Shown: in pieces, positions 63,018 through 64,000 of the stretch
Position numbering within the stretch: the first letter of the stretch is position 1
Layout of the letters: every line of letters begins with the position of its first letter
Source: an uncultured Polyangiaceae bacterium
Lineage (GTDB): Bacteria; Myxococcota_A; Polyangia; Polyangiales; Polyangiaceae
Reading direction: 5' to 3'
Assembly (NCBI GenBank): GCA_965369205.1
Contig: CBDUPW010000009.1
Location: 1,905-65,904 of the forward strand
DNA: 64,000 nucleotides
The notes under the pieces: generated by a model
Database searches by the model: none
What the model was told of the DNA's origin: nothing
The model's input: the letters and a program-made list of their open reading frames with translations, nothing else
Program-made: the position numbers and the translations under genes

Positions 63018-64000
63018 TTGAGCACCAGGTCGAGCTTGCGTCGGCCTTTCCACTCCGGTCCAGCAACCGGCAGTGCCTTTTCGTAGCCCGCTCCATCTGG
63101 GGAATGCCCCAGTGCACCAAACACCGCGCGGTAGTCCGCAAAGCGCCCGCCGCGCTGTGCTGCGTCCCACACGGCGCGCCCTTCCGTCAGGCCGCCTTGG
63201 GCCAGCACGTGTTCGACCCAGGTCCACTTCGCACTCACCGAGCGCACGTCGGCGCGTCCTTTGAGACCACGCGAAAGGCGGGCGAGGCGGGCTTGCACCG
63301 TGCGGATGCCGGCGTAGGGCAGTTTGTCCAAGGGTGTGTTGCGCTTGGAACAGAACGGCGCGATGCCGAGGGCGACGGGGATGATCTTGGACAGCTCCGT
63401 GACGAAGCGCGCGCATTCGTCGATGTCTGCGTCGTTCTCGTTGGGCAGGCCGACCATCAGGTACAGCTTCAGGCGGTCCATGCCGTGCAAGCGGGCATTT
63501 TGAGCGGCCTGCAGGTAGTGCTGCTCGCGGCCGCGACGTTCGATGATGTCGCGCATGCGCTGACTGGGGCCATCGAGTGCCGTTGTCAGCGTGCGGTAGC
63601 CCACGGCCTTCAACGCGGCCACGAACTCGCTCTTGAGGCGGTCCGGACGCAGGCTGGAGAGTCCCGCATGGATGCCGCGCTCTGCGAGTTGCTCCAAGAT
63701 CTGGATGATTCGCGGATGATCGCTGACGGCGGCGCCGACTAGTCCGACGCGCTTCGTGCCTTCGGGGATGGCTGCCAAGACCGTTTCCGGGGAGACGATG
63801 CGCATGCCGCCGTTGGTGCTGCGCCGCATCACACAATAGGTACAGCCCCGGGAACAGCCGCGCTCCACTTCGAGCAGCAGCATATTGGATAGCTCCGTAT
63901 GCGGAGTCACAATGGCGCTAACGGCGGGCAACAGGGCGTCACTGCAGGCCGCCACCTCGGGCACTGCTTCGTCATGGATCGCCGGCACGTAGATGTGTGG
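63014..64000 (-). CDS. radical SAM protein (TIGR03960-like B12-binding-domain radical SAM family), 5'-partial at window edge
   Basis: CxxxCxxC cluster motif in LLLEVERGCSRGCTYCVMRRS. The reading frame stays open to base 64000 and the usual N-terminal domain is missing, so the gene continues beyond the window. Confidence 0.8.
   Translation of the reverse strand, partial: PHIYVPAIHDEAVPEVAACSDALLPAVSAIVTPHTELSNMLLLEVERGCSRGCTYCVMRRSTNGGMRIVSPETVLAAIPEGTKRVGLVGAAVSDHPRIIQILEQLAERGIHAGLSSLRPDRLKSEFVAALKAVGYRTLTTALDGPSQRMRDIIERRGREQHYLQAAQNARLHGMDRLKLYLMVGLPNENDADIDECARFVTELSKIIPVALGIAPFCSKRNTPLDKLPYAGIRTVQARLARLSRGLKGRADVRSVSAKWTWVEHVLAQGGLTEGRAVWDAAQRGGRFADYRAVFGALGHSPDGAGYEKALPVAGPEWKGRRKLDLVLN

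Noticed and set aside
62364-63836. 490-aa minus-strand ORF, extremely Arg-rich
   Set aside because: It is a shadow frame of the radical SAM gene and of the 62514..63017 gene, with no motifs and implausible composition.

Overview
This is a 64-kb, visibly very GC-rich bacterial chromosome segment. The gene content points to Myxococcota: a TIGR02266-type PilZ protein, Myxococcus-style C-G-x-G-x5-G-E-x-C-D/E cysteine repeats, many Gly/Ser-linker lipoproteins, PAS hybrid kinases and an AGPS-like ether-lipid enzyme. That assignment is inference, since no database search was possible. All family calls come from motifs read in the supplied translations. Internal start codons were placed by counting residues from the ORF-track coordinates. 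I call about 50 CDS.

The window splits into three parts:
- 1-27.5 kb is mostly core or housekeeping. It holds HIT, an epimerase, ettA, yqeY, pntAB, twin hotdog thioesterases, a PLP dehydratase, a UbiB-like kinase and a gluzincin peptidase, plus envelope genes: a GspC-like PDZ protein, an outer-membrane barrel/lipoprotein pair and a TolB-like propeller.
- 27.5-57.6 kb looks accessory. It carries five lipoproteins or anchored proteins with low-complexity Gly-rich linkers and Cys-rich domains, and a secreted protein built from RCDFGxC..GWTTR tandem repeats. It also has a TPR protein with a degenerate caspase-like N-terminus, an orphan 1125-aa protein beside a transposase remnant, an internally deleted OPT transporter pseudogene, a C12 homopolymer in a putative promoter, and a 20-nt exact direct repeat bracketing an AT-richer 213 bp.
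- 57.6-64 kb holds a hybrid kinase, an amino-acid permease fused to USP and EIIA(Ntr) domains, and a partial radical SAM gene.

The best candidates for something undescribed are:
1. A tightly packed TamB / VolA-like lipase / AGPS-like / PTPS(QueD) unit at 31.6-40.2 kb, which suggests an ether-lipid synthesis, remodelling and transport module.
2. The RCDFG-repeat protein, whose repeats differ almost only at synonymous sites.
3. The pseudo-caspase TPR protein.
4. The 1125-aa orphan.

No rRNA, tRNA or CRISPR array could be supported.
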